Origin: Chloropicon primus
Taxonomy: Eukaryota
NCBI GenBank assembly: GCA_023205875.1
Contig: CP060754.1
Span: forward strand, 186,001-250,000
DNA: 64,000 nt
Reading direction: 5' to 3'
Shown piece by piece: positions 41,815-52,559 of this stretch (position 1 is its first letter; each line of letters starts with the position of its first letter). Made by a program: the position numbers and the translations under genes. The notes under the pieces were generated by a model. The model searched no databases. It was not told the DNA's origin and saw only the letters and a list, made by a program, of their open reading frames with translations.

Positions 41815-43422
41815 TTACAAATCCTGGGACGAGCTTCGCGTGGCGAAGAATTGACCCAAATTGCTCTGACCACCGCTGGACTTCCTCTTGCTCGCGCTCG
41901 AGTTTGCTGCCGGTCCCTGCGCTCCCTTGATCATCGACAGGATGTATTTCTGTTGGCTGATGTCCACAGCATTGAGGTCAATGCCGTCACGGCTACCTTC
42001 CCCTTCGCTCTCGGTAGCTCTGCAGCCCCCTGGTTGCTTCGAGGGTGCGGCCGGGGCGAAAAAGGGTTTGCATTGGGCCTTCCCCTTCTTCTTCTCCACC
42101 AAGGCACTCGTTCCGATGTTCTTCCTTTTCCCGAGAGCGCCGGAGTTTCCTGGCTCCGAGGCAGAGGCAACGAAGTAAGTATCCATTTTCTTCATGTCCT
42201 TCTGATCGAACACAAAGCTGTTCGCCCCGAGCGCGAGGCGCGAACACGGGAGGCACTCCCCCTGAATTTTCTCGAAGAGCTTCAAGCCCACCTCGTAAAG
42301 CCTGTCCCTGGTGGCGCTCTTCGGCATCGGGGACTGCGAGGAGTGGTCGCGGAAGTGGACAGCTCCCCTCGCGTGTAGGACGAGAAATCGCGGCATGCGA
42401 GCGAAGTCTTGGCGGTCTTGCTCGATCCTGTCGGCGAGCTCCTCGGCCAAGATCAGCAGCCACTTGTGAACTTGCTCGATCGGGGAGGCTGGGAAAGACT
42501 TGCACGCATTCAGTGATTTCGGCAGCAAGTTCGGCTTCACGGGCTCGTCCACCTCACCGCGGCACAGGGCGTGTATCCAGGCACCCGTTTTCTGCCCCAG
42601 GCTCCTCGCGAGATCCTCTTGCCCAATGGTCTGCAAGTCCCTTGATGTCTTCAAGTTGGGATACAGGGTCTTCAGCTTCTCCCCGAGTTTGCCCCCCAGG
42701 CCATTGATTTCGGTGTAATCGAGGTCCATGAGGGCCTCCACCGCACTGGAGGGTACGATGGTCTGCATGTTTGGCTTGTTCATCGCCGAGGCCAGCTTGC
42801 TGAGCATCTTGTTGTGCGAAATTCCGGCGGACATCTCGTACTCGGTCTCCGCCTTGACGGCGTCCCTGATCTCTTTGCACAACTTGGCTCCAACGATGAG
42901 TCTCACGTCACAATCCAAACTCGCGTTCAGCGATGCTCCCTTGCAGACGTGGCTCTCCCGCCAGTCGAGAGAGCACGACCCCCCCTCCTCCACACCCTCC
43001 AGGCGCTCCTCCACCAGAGCAGTGGCATCGATGTACCACTCGTCGATCGACGCGCGCTCGATCAAGAGGACATCGGAGAACCTCTGCATTGCCTTGAGGA
43101 CCTCCGTGGACGCGCTCCTGTAGCGGTTGAGGCATGCTTTGGACGTCGCCTTGTTCGCAGCCACCCCACCCATCCTCCCGTCGGACGTGTTCCCTATCGT
43201 CTCGACGTGCACCAGCTTCAGGTCAGGGCACCTCGACTTCGCCTCCTGGATGTCGCAAAATCTTCCAACGCCTCGGGATCTCGCGGCGTAGTTCACAGCG
43301 ATCAAGCCGGCCCACTGCTGCACCGCGAGGGGGACGCTCCGATCGATACCAAGTCGCCGGTGCTCGACTTGTGCGTAAAACGCATCGAGGTCGAGGTGGA
43401 GGATCACCTTATAACCCCCCAT
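41815..43422 (-). CDS. POLH: DNA polymerase eta (Y family)
   Basis: HLDLDAFYAQVE, AVQQW..IAVNYAAR, KACLNRYR, ERASIDE and SAGISHNKMLSKLASAMNKP; C-terminal PIP-like QSNLGQFF. Confidence 0.93.
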   Translation of the reverse strand: MGGYKVILHLDLDAFYAQVEHRRLGIDRSVPLAVQQWAGLIAVNYAARSRGVGRFCDIQEAKSRCPDLKLVHVETIGNTSDGRMGGVAANKATSKACLNRYRSASTEVLKAMQRFSDVLLIERASIDEWYIDATALVEERLEGVEEGGSCSLDWRESHVCKGASLNASLDCDVRLIVGAKLCKEIRDAVKAETEYEMSAGISHNKMLSKLASAMNKPNMQTIVPSSAVEALMDLDYTEINGLGGKLGEKLKTLYPNLKTSRDLQTIGQEDLARSLGQKTGAWIHALCRGEVDEPVKPNLLPKSLNACKSFPASPIEQVHKWLLILAEELADRIEQDRQDFARMPRFLVLHARGAVHFRDHSSQSPMPKSATRDRLYEVGLKLFEKIQGECLPCSRLALGANSFVFDQKDMKKMDTYFVASASEPGNSGALGKRKNIGTSALVEKKKGKAQCKPFFAPAAPSKQPGGCRATESEGEGSRDGIDLNAVDISQQKYILSMIKGAQGPAANSSASKRKSSGGQSNLGQFFATRSSSQDL

Positions 43423-43595
43423 GTATGAGGAGCGAGCCAGAGCAAAGCGGCACACACGCGCGCGCGCACTCGGCACCTTGCCCTCTCTCGTTTGGTTTGG
43501 GGCGGGCGAAAAAATTAAACGTCATCCGGCGACGACGATCGCGATCGTGAGGCAGGGGCTTGTCGGAACGACCAGAGGAGAAAGGGTAGGGAGTG

Positions 43596-44873
43596 ATGGC
43601 TTCAAAGACGAAGGGGAGCAAGAAGACGGGGGGGAGCAAGAAGGCGGGGGGAAGCAAGAAAGTCATCGACAAGAAGAAGACCAAGAAGCCGACGGGATCG
43701 ACGAAGAAGGGGGACGGCCTCGGCACCAAGGACGCGAGATCTAAAAATGCGAAGGCCTTCTCGAGCTTCCTCCCTAGCGGAGGTTTCGGGCTCGGGCTCG
43801 GTTCCCTGTCCAAGGGCAAGGTGAAGAAGTCCGTCCTGGACTACGAGGAGTACCACAAGTACCAGAACGGTAAGTCGGTGAACCAAGCCAAGGCCAAGTC
43901 CAAGTACTCGGACATGGTGAACAAGTACTACGACCTCGCGACTTCGTTCTACGAGTACGCTTGGGGCGACTGCTTCCACTTCGCCCACCGCCTCAAGGGA
44001 GAGACTCTCCGGGAGTCGATCAAGAGGCACGAGCACTTCCTTGCTTCCAAGTTCACCTCGGGCCTCAAGGTGAAGAAGGGTTCGAGGCCAAAGGTGCTGG
44101 ACGTCGGCTGCGGAATTGGCGGCCCAGCGAGGGAGATCTCTGCGTTTTGCGGCGTGGACGTTGTCGGCCTGAACAACAACGCGTACCAGGTGGAGAGGGC
44201 CAAGACCATCACGGCGGCCAAGAGGGCCGCGGCGAAGGAGGCGGTCGACGCGGCCTCGCCTTCCGTGTTGGGGGACTGCGACTTCGTCAAGGGCGACTTC
44301 ATGAAGATGCCTTTCGAGGACAACACTTTTGACGCCGCTTACGCGATCGAGGCCACCTGCCACGCCCCCGTCGCGGAGGAGATCTACAAGGAGATGCTCC
44401 GCGTGGTGAAGCCTGGAGGCCTCGTTGCGATTTACGAATGGTGCCTCACGGACAAGTACGACCCAAAGGACGAGTCCCACAAGCTCTTCAAGCACCAGAT
44501 CGAGATTGGCAACGGCCTGCCGGATATTCGCACCACCAAGGAGTGCAAGGCGGCGATGACCAAGGCCGGGTTCGACATGGTCGAGGACATCGACCTGGCC
44601 GAGTGCTCCCCGGTCCCGTGGTACGAGCCCCTCTACCCGACCCAGGGCTACTTCTCGTCCCTCGAGGCGCTCTCCTCGCTCAAGAGCAGCCCCGTGGGCG
44701 CCAAGGTGACCCACGGCCTGTGCTGGATTCTCGAGTCCTTCCGGTTGGCCCCGAAGGGGACCTGCAGGGTGAGCAGCGTTCTCCAGCAGGGAGCCATCGG
44801 GCTTATCGCGGGAGGCAAGCTCGACGCGTTCACCCCCATGTACCTCCTCGTGGGGCGCAAGCCAAGGAAGTGA
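43596..44873 (+). CDS. SMT1: Sterol 24-C-methyltransferase with Lys-rich N-terminal extension
   Basis: YYDLATSFYEYAWGDCFHFA, VLDVGCGIGGP, IEATCHAP, YEWC and IEIGNGLP. Confidence 0.95.
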   Translation: MASKTKGSKKTGGSKKAGGSKKVIDKKKTKKPTGSTKKGDGLGTKDARSKNAKAFSSFLPSGGFGLGLGSLSKGKVKKSVLDYEEYHKYQNGKSVNQAKAKSKYSDMVNKYYDLATSFYEYAWGDCFHFAHRLKGETLRESIKRHEHFLASKFTSGLKVKKGSRPKVLDVGCGIGGPAREISAFCGVDVVGLNNNAYQVERAKTITAAKRAAAKEAVDAASPSVLGDCDFVKGDFMKMPFEDNTFDAAYAIEATCHAPVAEEIYKEMLRVVKPGGLVAIYEWCLTDKYDPKDESHKLFKHQIEIGNGLPDIRTTKECKAAMTKAGFDMVEDIDLAECSPVPWYEPLYPTQGYFSSLEALSSLKSSPVGAKVTHGLCWILESFRLAPKGTCRVSSVLQQGAIGLIAGGKLDAFTPMYLLVGRKPRK

Positions 44874-45031
44874 GCGCAGCGAACCGGAAAAGGTCCCACC
44901 CCTTGCCTCCCCACGCTGCTCGCTGGAAAAGGATAACGTTGCGTGCCTTTCTCAAGATAGCACAAACAACACACGTCGAGAAAACTACTGTTACAAAAAC
45001 ATACAAAAAGAAAGCTTACTTCGCTCGTTCG

Positions 45032-45502
45032 TCAATAGAAGTCGTCGTCTTCCTCTTCGCCGTCCCGGCTGTTCTCTGGCCTGTAGCCCGCCGTTCCTTC
45101 GCTTCCGTACCCCCCGCCACCTCCACCTCCTCCACCGCCCCCGCCACCGAACCAGCCTCCGTCTCCGCCCCCGCCCCCACCGCCGCTCAGGAGAAAGTAC
45201 ACCCCGATGAGGGCCAAGTTCGCCAGAATCGCTTTCTTCACGCCCCCCCCCCCTCCGCCCCCTCCCCCTCCTCCGCCCCCGTCATTAATCAGCGGAGGGG
45301 GCATGCCCGGTCCGCCTATCTTATCCCTCTTCTTCGTCACGCTCGAGGACCGCTGCCCCTGGCCGCACACCACCTGCAGGTCCCCTCTTCGGACTCCGCC
45401 ATACCTTGGCCTCACGCCACACCTTGGCCTCGTCCCTCCGACCCTCCTCCCCCCCGCGACACCACTCCCTCTCGTCAACCTCGTCCCCGCACTCTGCGCC
45501 AT
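45032..45502 (-). CDS. Small probably plastid-targeted protein with polyglycine tracts flanking one TM segment
   Basis: Arg/Gly/Val-rich transit-like N-terminus ending VVC; G13 tract; TM AILANLALIGVYFLL; further Gly tracts; acidic end. Minus-strand TGTAA at 44991-44995. Confidence 0.6.
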   Translation of the reverse strand: MAQSAGTRLTRGSGVAGGRRVGGTRPRCGVRPRYGGVRRGDLQVVCGQGQRSSSVTKKRDKIGGPGMPPPLINDGGGGGGGGGGGGGVKKAILANLALIGVYFLLSGGGGGGGDGGWFGGGGGGGGGGGGGYGSEGTAGYRPENSRDGEEEDDDFY

Positions 45503-45938
45503 CCTCTCGAACACTCTCCTCCACAGAACCCAACCCACCTCTCGGATCAATCTGGTGTAAAACGACAGACGACAAAGGCAAAGGCAAAGGCAAAGGTGTC
45601 TTGCGGTGTGAAGTCAAGTTCAAGTCAGGGCGGGCGCTGTGCAGGACGAGCCCGTTTCCGCAGTGGGCCTCACAACAACCCGTGCCGAGAAAGATCTTTT
45701 CTTTTCTTTCCTTTCCTTTCCTTTCTCTGTGCGTTTGTGCGTGAACACGAAACGAGTCGATCTTTGGGACGAGGACTGACGACGACGTTTGGGGGGAGAA
45801 GCCACCAAAAAGGCGGGGGCTTGTTGCCGGGAGGATCAAAGCGAAGGATCGTCTGTCGCAGGTCATGGGATTGAGGCGACTTGGTTGACCCGGAACAGGT
45901 GCGCGCAGCAATTGAAGGAGAGAGAGAGAGAGAGGACG

Positions 45939-48380
45939 ATGACGGGCGGGAAAGACATCAACGAGATCTGGGCCAAGCTCAAGGCGGACAACCTGCCAAG
46001 GAAGGGTGCTGCCAAGGATGCGGAGGTGCGGACGGGGGTCGGGGAGCGGGGGGCGGAGCTCGTGGCGGCGGTGGCGGCACCGGCCGCGGCGGAGGTGGAA
46101 TGCTTGGACGGGTACAAGGACGTGGAAGGGGCTGAGAACCTGTTCAAGCGGACGCTCAACTCGCTGACTGAGGGGGACCACGGGGTGAGGAGGAGGGCGA
46201 TCAGGTGCCTCGCCGCCTCCCTCCGGTCCTGCGAGGACTTGGAGCTCAGGACGGACGTCTTCGTGGAGGTGGTGGCCAAGTCCCTGCTCCGGAGGTTCGT
46301 GGACAAAAACGAGAGCTGCAGGGAGCTCGCCATCGTCGCAGTCACGGAGAACGTCGAGGCGTGCAAGGAGGACGCCGTGGAGAGCCTGCTGGCCTACTGC
46401 ATGCCCGTCCTCGAGGAGCGGCTGAACCTCAAGGGGGGCACAGAGTCGCGCAGCCTCGTGGAGATCGGCGCGGAGGTCCTCCAGCACTCTCACGTGAACC
46501 GGTGCGACATCACAGACTTTTCGAGGATGGCAAAGCAGAGGGGCACCCAGGTCGAGGCCTCGGAGGAGGTTCGGCTCCTCCTGGTGAAGCTGATGAGGGC
46601 GATGATCAAGTACGGGAAGCACGCCCTCAAGCCTTACGCGCAAGACTACTGCGAGATCCTGCTGGTTTTGGCCAAGGACCCTTTCCACGAGGTCCTCGTC
46701 GAGTGCTGCTGGTGCCTGAAGGACTTCGTGGAGGCCATGGGGAGCAAGCTCTGGATGGTGTCCAAGATCCTGCTGGCGGGCTTCGCGCCGGTTCTGGAAC
46801 ACCGGAGGCAGCTCGTGAGGATCGCAGCCATCGAGGCGATCTCCCCCCTGGTGTTCACGGGGGCCCACGAGTCGCTGCTGGACTTGTGCTCCTTCAGGGA
46901 TCCAAACATCGTCCCGGTGAGGGCGTTCTTCGGGAACGACCTGAAGATCAACTACATGGGCAAGCTCATCACGGATTCTTGCGTGAGGGTGAGGCAGGCC
47001 CTCGTGCGCTGCGTTGGTTCCTGGCTGCTCGAGCTCCCGGAGAGAAGGGACCACGAGTCGAGGCTGCTCCCGTACCTGCTGTCGGGCCTGATTGACGACG
47101 ACGAGAGGGTCCAGGCGGAGGCCCTGGGGACGCTGGAGAAGCTGGGGGACTTGTACATCTCGGACAACGCGGAGGACATGAAGGACAAGCTGTACTACCT
47201 CCCCGACGAGGCCCACGCTCACGGCTGGATGGACGGGTCCGTGTGGAAAGCCATCGAGGAGGGGAGGGTCCCGGTGCCCAAGCCTTTCACGAGGAGGCCG
47301 TCGCTGGGAACGAGGCTCTTGGTCCAGCAGAATTTCAGGGGCTCCCTGACGGCCCTTTCCTCGGAGCTGTCGAGCTGGCAGGAGGAGCCGCGGCTCAAGG
47401 CGGCCAAGCTCCTCAGGATATTCCTCGTGTGCATGGAGGACTACGTGGCCTCCTGCCTGGAGAAGCTCCTCCCGGCCTTGTGCCAGGCTCACGTCACAGA
47501 GGACAAAGCGATCAAGAAGGCGGTGACCGAGGCGACGCGGATCCTTTCCTGGTACACGGATCCGGGCCTCTCCTTCTCCCTGCTGAAGGCGAGGCTCTCC
47601 GGGTCCTTCGAGATGAGGACCAGGGAGAGCGCCCTCTCGGTCCTCACCGCCGTGGTCTTGGGGTCGGACCAGGTCGGCACGATCGCTGGCCACGAGGAGA
47701 GCCTCGCGAGGTGCATGCTGGACGAGGGCCTCGCCGTGACCAACGACACGGCCTTGAAGAGGGCCACCGCCGGGCTCTGCGGCGCGGTGGGGGGCGTGTG
47801 CAGCAGGTCGAAGGGCCGCGGCGGCGAGGCGACCTCTCGCGTGGCGGGGGCCCTCGTCCTGCTGTCATCCGACACCGTGGGGAGGGACGGCGCCCAGAAC
47901 CCGGCCTGCGCCCTGGCCCTCGACTCCCTCGGGGACCTGCTCCGCGGCCTGGGCGGCGACGACGGGCTCAGGGTGCAGGTGCTGAGGAGGGTGCTCACCA
48001 ACCTGTGCGAGGAGGAGAAGTTCCTGGACAACATTCCGCCGGAGCTCCACGTGGTCGCCGTGTGCAAGGTCTTCTCCTCCCTAGAGGCCGGGGCCTGGTC
48101 CCTCCGCCGGGCCAAAGCTTGCGGGGACTGCGAGGCCGAAGTGGCCGGGGCCCTCCGCTTCCTCTCGAGGGCCCTGGAGACCGGGCCCGTCTTCTCCAAG
48201 GTCACCCTCGAGAAGCTCGCGTCCGCGGTGGGCCTCCTCCTCGGCGACCTCCCGATCTCCTCCTTCGGGGAGCAGGAGAGGCGCGTCCTGGTCGGGGAGG
48301 TCGAGCGCCAGGCCAGCCGGGGCCAAGCGAACGAGGACCGAGAGTTTCGTCAGCAGCTGGTCGAGAGACTGAAACTGTAA
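45939..48380 (+). CDS. DNAAF5: HEAT-repeat protein, dynein axonemal assembly factor 5 (HEATR2)-like
   Basis: LLRRFVDKNESCRELA, EASEEVRL, DPFHEV, LLPYLLSGLIDD and RPSLGTRLLV...ELSSWQ. Confidence 0.8.
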   Translation: MTGGKDINEIWAKLKADNLPRKGAAKDAEVRTGVGERGAELVAAVAAPAAAEVECLDGYKDVEGAENLFKRTLNSLTEGDHGVRRRAIRCLAASLRSCEDLELRTDVFVEVVAKSLLRRFVDKNESCRELAIVAVTENVEACKEDAVESLLAYCMPVLEERLNLKGGTESRSLVEIGAEVLQHSHVNRCDITDFSRMAKQRGTQVEASEEVRLLLVKLMRAMIKYGKHALKPYAQDYCEILLVLAKDPFHEVLVECCWCLKDFVEAMGSKLWMVSKILLAGFAPVLEHRRQLVRIAAIEAISPLVFTGAHESLLDLCSFRDPNIVPVRAFFGNDLKINYMGKLITDSCVRVRQALVRCVGSWLLELPERRDHESRLLPYLLSGLIDDDERVQAEALGTLEKLGDLYISDNAEDMKDKLYYLPDEAHAHGWMDGSVWKAIEEGRVPVPKPFTRRPSLGTRLLVQQNFRGSLTALSSELSSWQEEPRLKAAKLLRIFLVCMEDYVASCLEKLLPALCQAHVTEDKAIKKAVTEATRILSWYTDPGLSFSLLKARLSGSFEMRTRESALSVLTAVVLGSDQVGTIAGHEESLARCMLDEGLAVTNDTALKRATAGLCGAVGGVCSRSKGRGGEATSRVAGALVLLSSDTVGRDGAQNPACALALDSLGDLLRGLGGDDGLRVQVLRRVLTNLCEEEKFLDNIPPELHVVAVCKVFSSLEAGAWSLRRAKACGDCEAEVAGALRFLSRALETGPVFSKVTLEKLASAVGLLLGDLPISSFGEQERRVLVGEVERQASRGQANEDREFRQQLVERLKL

Positions 48381-48749
48381 CAACATAGTCGCACTGTGTA
48401 TGTGTATGTGTATATAAGACAGACAGAGGGAGACAGAGAGAGAGAGGGGGTGCGTCCCTCCCTCCCGCGCGCGGCCAGCCCAAGGATGTCCTTGGGATGA
48501 TGGTTGATGCGACTTCTGCCTGAATGCCAGGAGAATTTTTGAGCGAGAGTAGATTTCCCTTTTTTTGAAGCGAGCGAGGAGGCCCAAAGGAGGAGAGCGA
48601 CAAGGCGTGACGCTGGCCATTGAGACGACGAGCGAGCGTTACGACGGACGAGGGAGGCGAGCGTTACGGTTAGGTTACGGTTATTTTTTTTCTTGCCAGG
48701 CGAACGAACGAGGACGGCTCTGCCGAGGTTTGCTTTGCTTGCGGGAGAG

Positions 48750-50765
48750 ATGGCGAGGGAAGGGGGAGCGGCGAGCTCCGACGCGAGTTGTTATGTGGGG
48801 CAATCCCGAAGGAGTTTGTCGGAGAGCTCCCTCCAGGTGGAGGAGGGCAGCGGGCAGGCGACGGGGGGGTCCCCCCGGAGTCGCGGGAGCAACTTCGATT
48901 TGGCGAGCTTGAACTCGCGCTTCCGGGGCTCGCAGGAGTTCCTCGCGGCGAGGGACCCGGAGGAGGGGAGGAGGCTTCTCGGGGGCGGCGGGGGTCGGAG
49001 GCCGCAGCAGCAGCGGGGTGGCGGGTACTTGTCCTTCCTTTGGCGGCCGAGTCAGAAGAAGCCCGTGAAGCGCAGGGGCTCCGGCATCCTGACCCGGAAC
49101 AGGTCTCACATGCTGAACATAAGGAACCTCTCGCCGGACGGGTCGTCGAAGGGCGACCTTTCGTCGCTGTGGCAGGACCTGCACGAGAAGGAGCGGAAGA
49201 TGAGCTCGGAGTGGAGGGCAGGCAAGGCGAACAAGCTGGTCCTCCTGCTAGCGCTCGTCGCGCTGGCGTGGACGCTGATCGTGCTGCTGGCGAGCCCCGT
49301 TCCCGCCGTCTCGTCCGTCCCGCAGCACATCGTGGACATCAACATCAAGATCAACGAGCACATCGAGAGCGCGATGCACGAGGACCTTGAGCTGTCCTCG
49401 AGGGTCACCCCGATCCAGCTGCCGTGGTCGAACGTGACCTCGCCGGGCGTGAACAGCTTCGCGGACCTGATCAAGGCGGACCGCATCTGCCCTTTTGCGC
49501 ACGAGGCGTCCGTGCGGTCCACGGACTTCGAGAAGCAGTTCGGGGCCCACGAGTTCGAGCACGTCTTCCACCAGTACGACAACAAGACCAGGCGGATCGC
49601 CCTGTTCACCGGGGCGTACAGCAACATCAGGGACGGCGTCTCCCTGACCTTGAACAAGATGGTGGCCTTCTTGGAGTCTAACGGGCACCAGTTTGAGATT
49701 TTCGCGCCAACGAACGACCGGCCGGCGCTCCACGCGGTGGGCAAGGTCCTTTCGGTGCCCTCAATCCCTGTGCCGGGGAGACCGGAGTACAGGCTGTCTC
49801 TGCTGCTCAGCCCCTACCTGCAGAAAGAGCTGTCTAGCTTCGATCCGGATGTCGTCCACATCGCCACCCCCGACGTCGTGGGATTCCAGGCCCTCCTTTG
49901 GGCCAAGTTCCACAACGTTCCCACAGCTTGCAGCTACCACACGAGGTTCAACAGCTACCTGAAATACTACCACGTCGGGGCGCTGGAGCCAGCGTCCTGG
50001 CTGATATGGCGGGAGTTCTACGGGAACTGCGACCACGTCTACGTTCCCTCCAAGGAGATCAAGGCGGAGCTGGAGGCTCACGGGATCAACAAGGATGTTC
50101 GGATCTGGGCGAGGGGCGTTGACGCTGATGTCTTCAGCCCCGAGTTCAGGTGCCCGGTCTGGCGCAACAACATCGGGGTCCAGGACAAGGAGGTTGTCGT
50201 CCTCCTCGTGTGCAGGATGGTCTGGGAGAAGAACCTTGAGCTGTTCGCGAAGACGGTGGAGGAGCTCCAATCCCGTGGGTTGAAGTTCAAGTCTGTGGTC
50301 GTCGGGGAGGGTCCGGTCAGGGAGGAGCTGCAGAAGAGGTTGCCCCAAACCGCTTTCCTTGGCGGGCTCAAGGGGGAAGACCTGTCCACCGCCTACGCGA
50401 ATGCGGACGTCTTCTTCTTCCCCAGCACCACGGAGACCTTCGGCAGCACTACCTTGGAAGCGATGGCCTCGGGACTCCCCGTCGTGGTCGCGAACTCTTC
50501 GGGCAGCAATTCCATCGTTCAGCACAACGTGAACGGATTCATCGCGGATCCTAAAGACGTTGGCAGCTTTGTCGACTACACTGCCCAGCTCATACGGGAT
50601 TCAGAGCTGCGCGAGAGGATGGGCGCGGCAGGAGCTTCGATCGCGACCAAGGACTTCCAATACAGCAAGATCTTCGGGACTCTGATGGAGTACTACACGG
50701 ACCTGATCATGGGCGACAGAATTTCTGGCGCGCTCGGGGACACTCCGTCCGGGAGCTTTGGCTAG
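48750..50765 (+). CDS. GT4 (GT-B) glycosyltransferase, SQD2/MgtA-like domain with N-terminal TM anchor
   Basis: TM LVLLLALVALAWTLIVLLA; RIALFTGAY..DGVSLTL, PDVVHIATP, SYHT, RGVD and ETFGSTTLEAMASG (EX7E). Confidence 0.88.
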   Translation: MAREGGAASSDASCYVGQSRRSLSESSLQVEEGSGQATGGSPRSRGSNFDLASLNSRFRGSQEFLAARDPEEGRRLLGGGGGRRPQQQRGGGYLSFLWRPSQKKPVKRRGSGILTRNRSHMLNIRNLSPDGSSKGDLSSLWQDLHEKERKMSSEWRAGKANKLVLLLALVALAWTLIVLLASPVPAVSSVPQHIVDINIKINEHIESAMHEDLELSSRVTPIQLPWSNVTSPGVNSFADLIKADRICPFAHEASVRSTDFEKQFGAHEFEHVFHQYDNKTRRIALFTGAYSNIRDGVSLTLNKMVAFLESNGHQFEIFAPTNDRPALHAVGKVLSVPSIPVPGRPEYRLSLLLSPYLQKELSSFDPDVVHIATPDVVGFQALLWAKFHNVPTACSYHTRFNSYLKYYHVGALEPASWLIWREFYGNCDHVYVPSKEIKAELEAHGINKDVRIWARGVDADVFSPEFRCPVWRNNIGVQDKEVVVLLVCRMVWEKNLELFAKTVEELQSRGLKFKSVVVGEGPVREELQKRLPQTAFLGGLKGEDLSTAYANADVFFFPSTTETFGSTTLEAMASGLPVVVANSSGSNSIVQHNVNGFIADPKDVGSFVDYTAQLIRDSELRERMGAAGASIATKDFQYSKIFGTLMEYYTDLIMGDRISGALGDTPSGSFG

Positions 50766-50853
50766 CAGGTGGGATCTCCTTTGAGAAAGGAAACAAGTGT
50801 GTTAATATTTATAAACAAATGAATTTGGGTAATTGTGATCAAAAGCTCCGATT

Positions 50854-52392
50854 TTACTGACCAGGCATTGGGAAGGAGAGGGCAAAGGTCTGCACCTCGC
50901 TTCGAAGCTGCTCGATTTCGGGGAACTCGTTGGATCTGACGAAAGCCTTGAAGTCCTTGAGCTTGCCTGCTCCCGGGGTCTTCGCCTTGACGTCCTGGGT
51001 GATCTTGATTCCCCTGTCGATGAAGTCTGCGACCTTGATGAAGTCCTCCTCGAGGAATCCCCTGGTGGTCAAGGCGGGGGCTCCGATTCTGATGCCTCCG
51101 GGCATAATGGCGCTCTTGTCGCCGGGCACAGAGTTCTTGTTCAGGGTGATGGACGCCAGGTCCAGAATGGTCTCCACCCTGGCCCCGTCGATGCCCTTGG
51201 ACCTCAAGTCCACGAGAAGGAGGTGGTTCTCCGTCCCACCAGACACCAAGTCGTAGCCAAGGTCTATCAGTCGGGTAGCCAGGGCGCTCGCGTTCAAGAT
51301 CACCTGGTTCTGGTAGGCCTTGAACTCCGGCTGAGCGGCCTGCTTCAGGGCGAAGGCGAGGGCCCCGATCGCGTGGTTGTGGGGCCCGCCCTGCAAGCCC
51401 GGGAAGACGGCCGAGTTGATGGCCCTCTCCAAGTCGAGCCCGTTCGTCTCGCCCTTCTTGTAGAAGATGATTCCCGAGCGGGGTCCCCTCAAGCTCTTAT
51501 GGGTGGTGGAGGTCACCACGTCGCAATAATCAAAGGGGCTGGTGAGGACGCCGGCAGCGACGAGGCCGCTGACGTGAGCCATGTCCGCCATCAGGTACGC
51601 TCCCACCGAGTCCGCAATCTCCCTCATCTTCGCGTAGTCGATGTCCCTGGGGTACGCAGACGCCCCCGCGATGATCATCTTGGGGCGGAACAGCGACGCG
51701 TCCCTCCTGAGCTGCTCGTAGTCGATCAGGCCGGTGGCCTCGTCGAGGTAGTAGGGCATGGACTCAAAGTACACCGAGGTGGCGCTGATGCGCACGCCGG
51801 AGGGCGTCACGTGCCCGTGGGTGAGGTGGCCCCCGTGGGCCAGGGCGAGACCCATCACCCGGTCGTGAGGCTGGAGCAGCGCGGTGTACACCGCGAAGTT
51901 CGCAGGCGAGCCGCTCAGAGGCTGCACGTTCACCCCCCAGTCCTTGCCATCCAACCTGTACGCCGCGAGGGCCCTCTGCTGGCACAGGCTCTCTATCTGG
52001 TCGATGTACTCGTTCCCGCCGTAGTACCTCGCGCCCGGGAGGCCCTCGCTGTACTTGTTCGTCAAGCACGACCCGTTCACCTCCTGCACCCCGAGGCTGG
52101 TGAAGTTCTCGGAAGCGATGAGCTCGAGCCCGGACCTCTGCCTCAGCCTCTCCCTCTGGATCAGGTCGAAGAGCTCCGAGTCCTGCTCCTCGACGGGGGC
52201 GTTGTTCACCGTCAGGGCGCGGTTCTGGACGCTGTCGTCCCCGAGCCTCCCCCCCGCGGGGCTCGACACAGCCTGGAATCTCGATTTGCCTCCACGCGAG
52301 GCCCCTGCTGAAAGTGATCTCGCCACACTGGCACGGGAAGCCTTCCCCAAGGTCTTGGTCGACCCAGCCACACTCGTCCTCATGACTCTCAT
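50854..52392 (-). CDS. SHMT: Serine hydroxymethyltransferase, organellar (probably plastid)
   Basis: [40 protein letters not shown] and [11 protein letters not shown]. Confidence 0.97.
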   Translation of the reverse strand: MRVMRTSVAGSTKTLGKASRASVARSLSAGASRGGKSRFQAVSSPAGGRLGDDSVQNRALTVNNAPVEEQDSELFDLIQRERLRQRSGLELIASENFTSLGVQEVNGSCLTNKYSEGLPGARYYGGNEYIDQIESLCQQRALAAYRLDGKDWGVNVQPLSGSPANFAVYTALLQPHDRVMGLALAHGGHLTHGHVTPSGVRISATSVYFESMPYYLDEATGLIDYEQLRRDASLFRPKMIIAGASAYPRDIDYAKMREIADSVGAYLMADMAHVSGLVAAGVLTSPFDYCDVVTSTTHKSLRGPRSGIIFYKKGETNGLDLERAINSAVFPGLQGGPHNHAIGALAFALKQAAQPEFKAYQNQVILNASALATRLIDLGYDLVSGGTENHLLLVDLRSKGIDGARVETILDLASITLNKNSVPGDKSAIMPGGIRIGAPALTTRGFLEEDFIKVADFIDRGIKITQDVKAKTPGAGKLKDFKAFVRSNEFPEIEQLRSEVQTFALSFPMPGQ

Positions 52393-52559
52393 CTCTTCTT
52401 CGCTGACCTCGCTCCCTCGTTGACCTCCCTCGTCTCGAACTCAAAGTAAAGCCGTCCCAAAACGCACACAGAGCAAGAGACAGACCGAGAACAAAACGTG
52501 GTCTGCCTTCCGAAACGTTTTCGCTCGCGTCAGCACGGCAGGCTAAAACTTGGGAAAAA

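Noticed and set aside
45321..47693. Long antisense or alternative-frame ORFs (790 aa here; also 10616-12388, 34230-36344, 60051-61955, 44438-45874)
   Set aside because: Shadows of real genes caused by high GC3 codon bias; no recognisable motifs.
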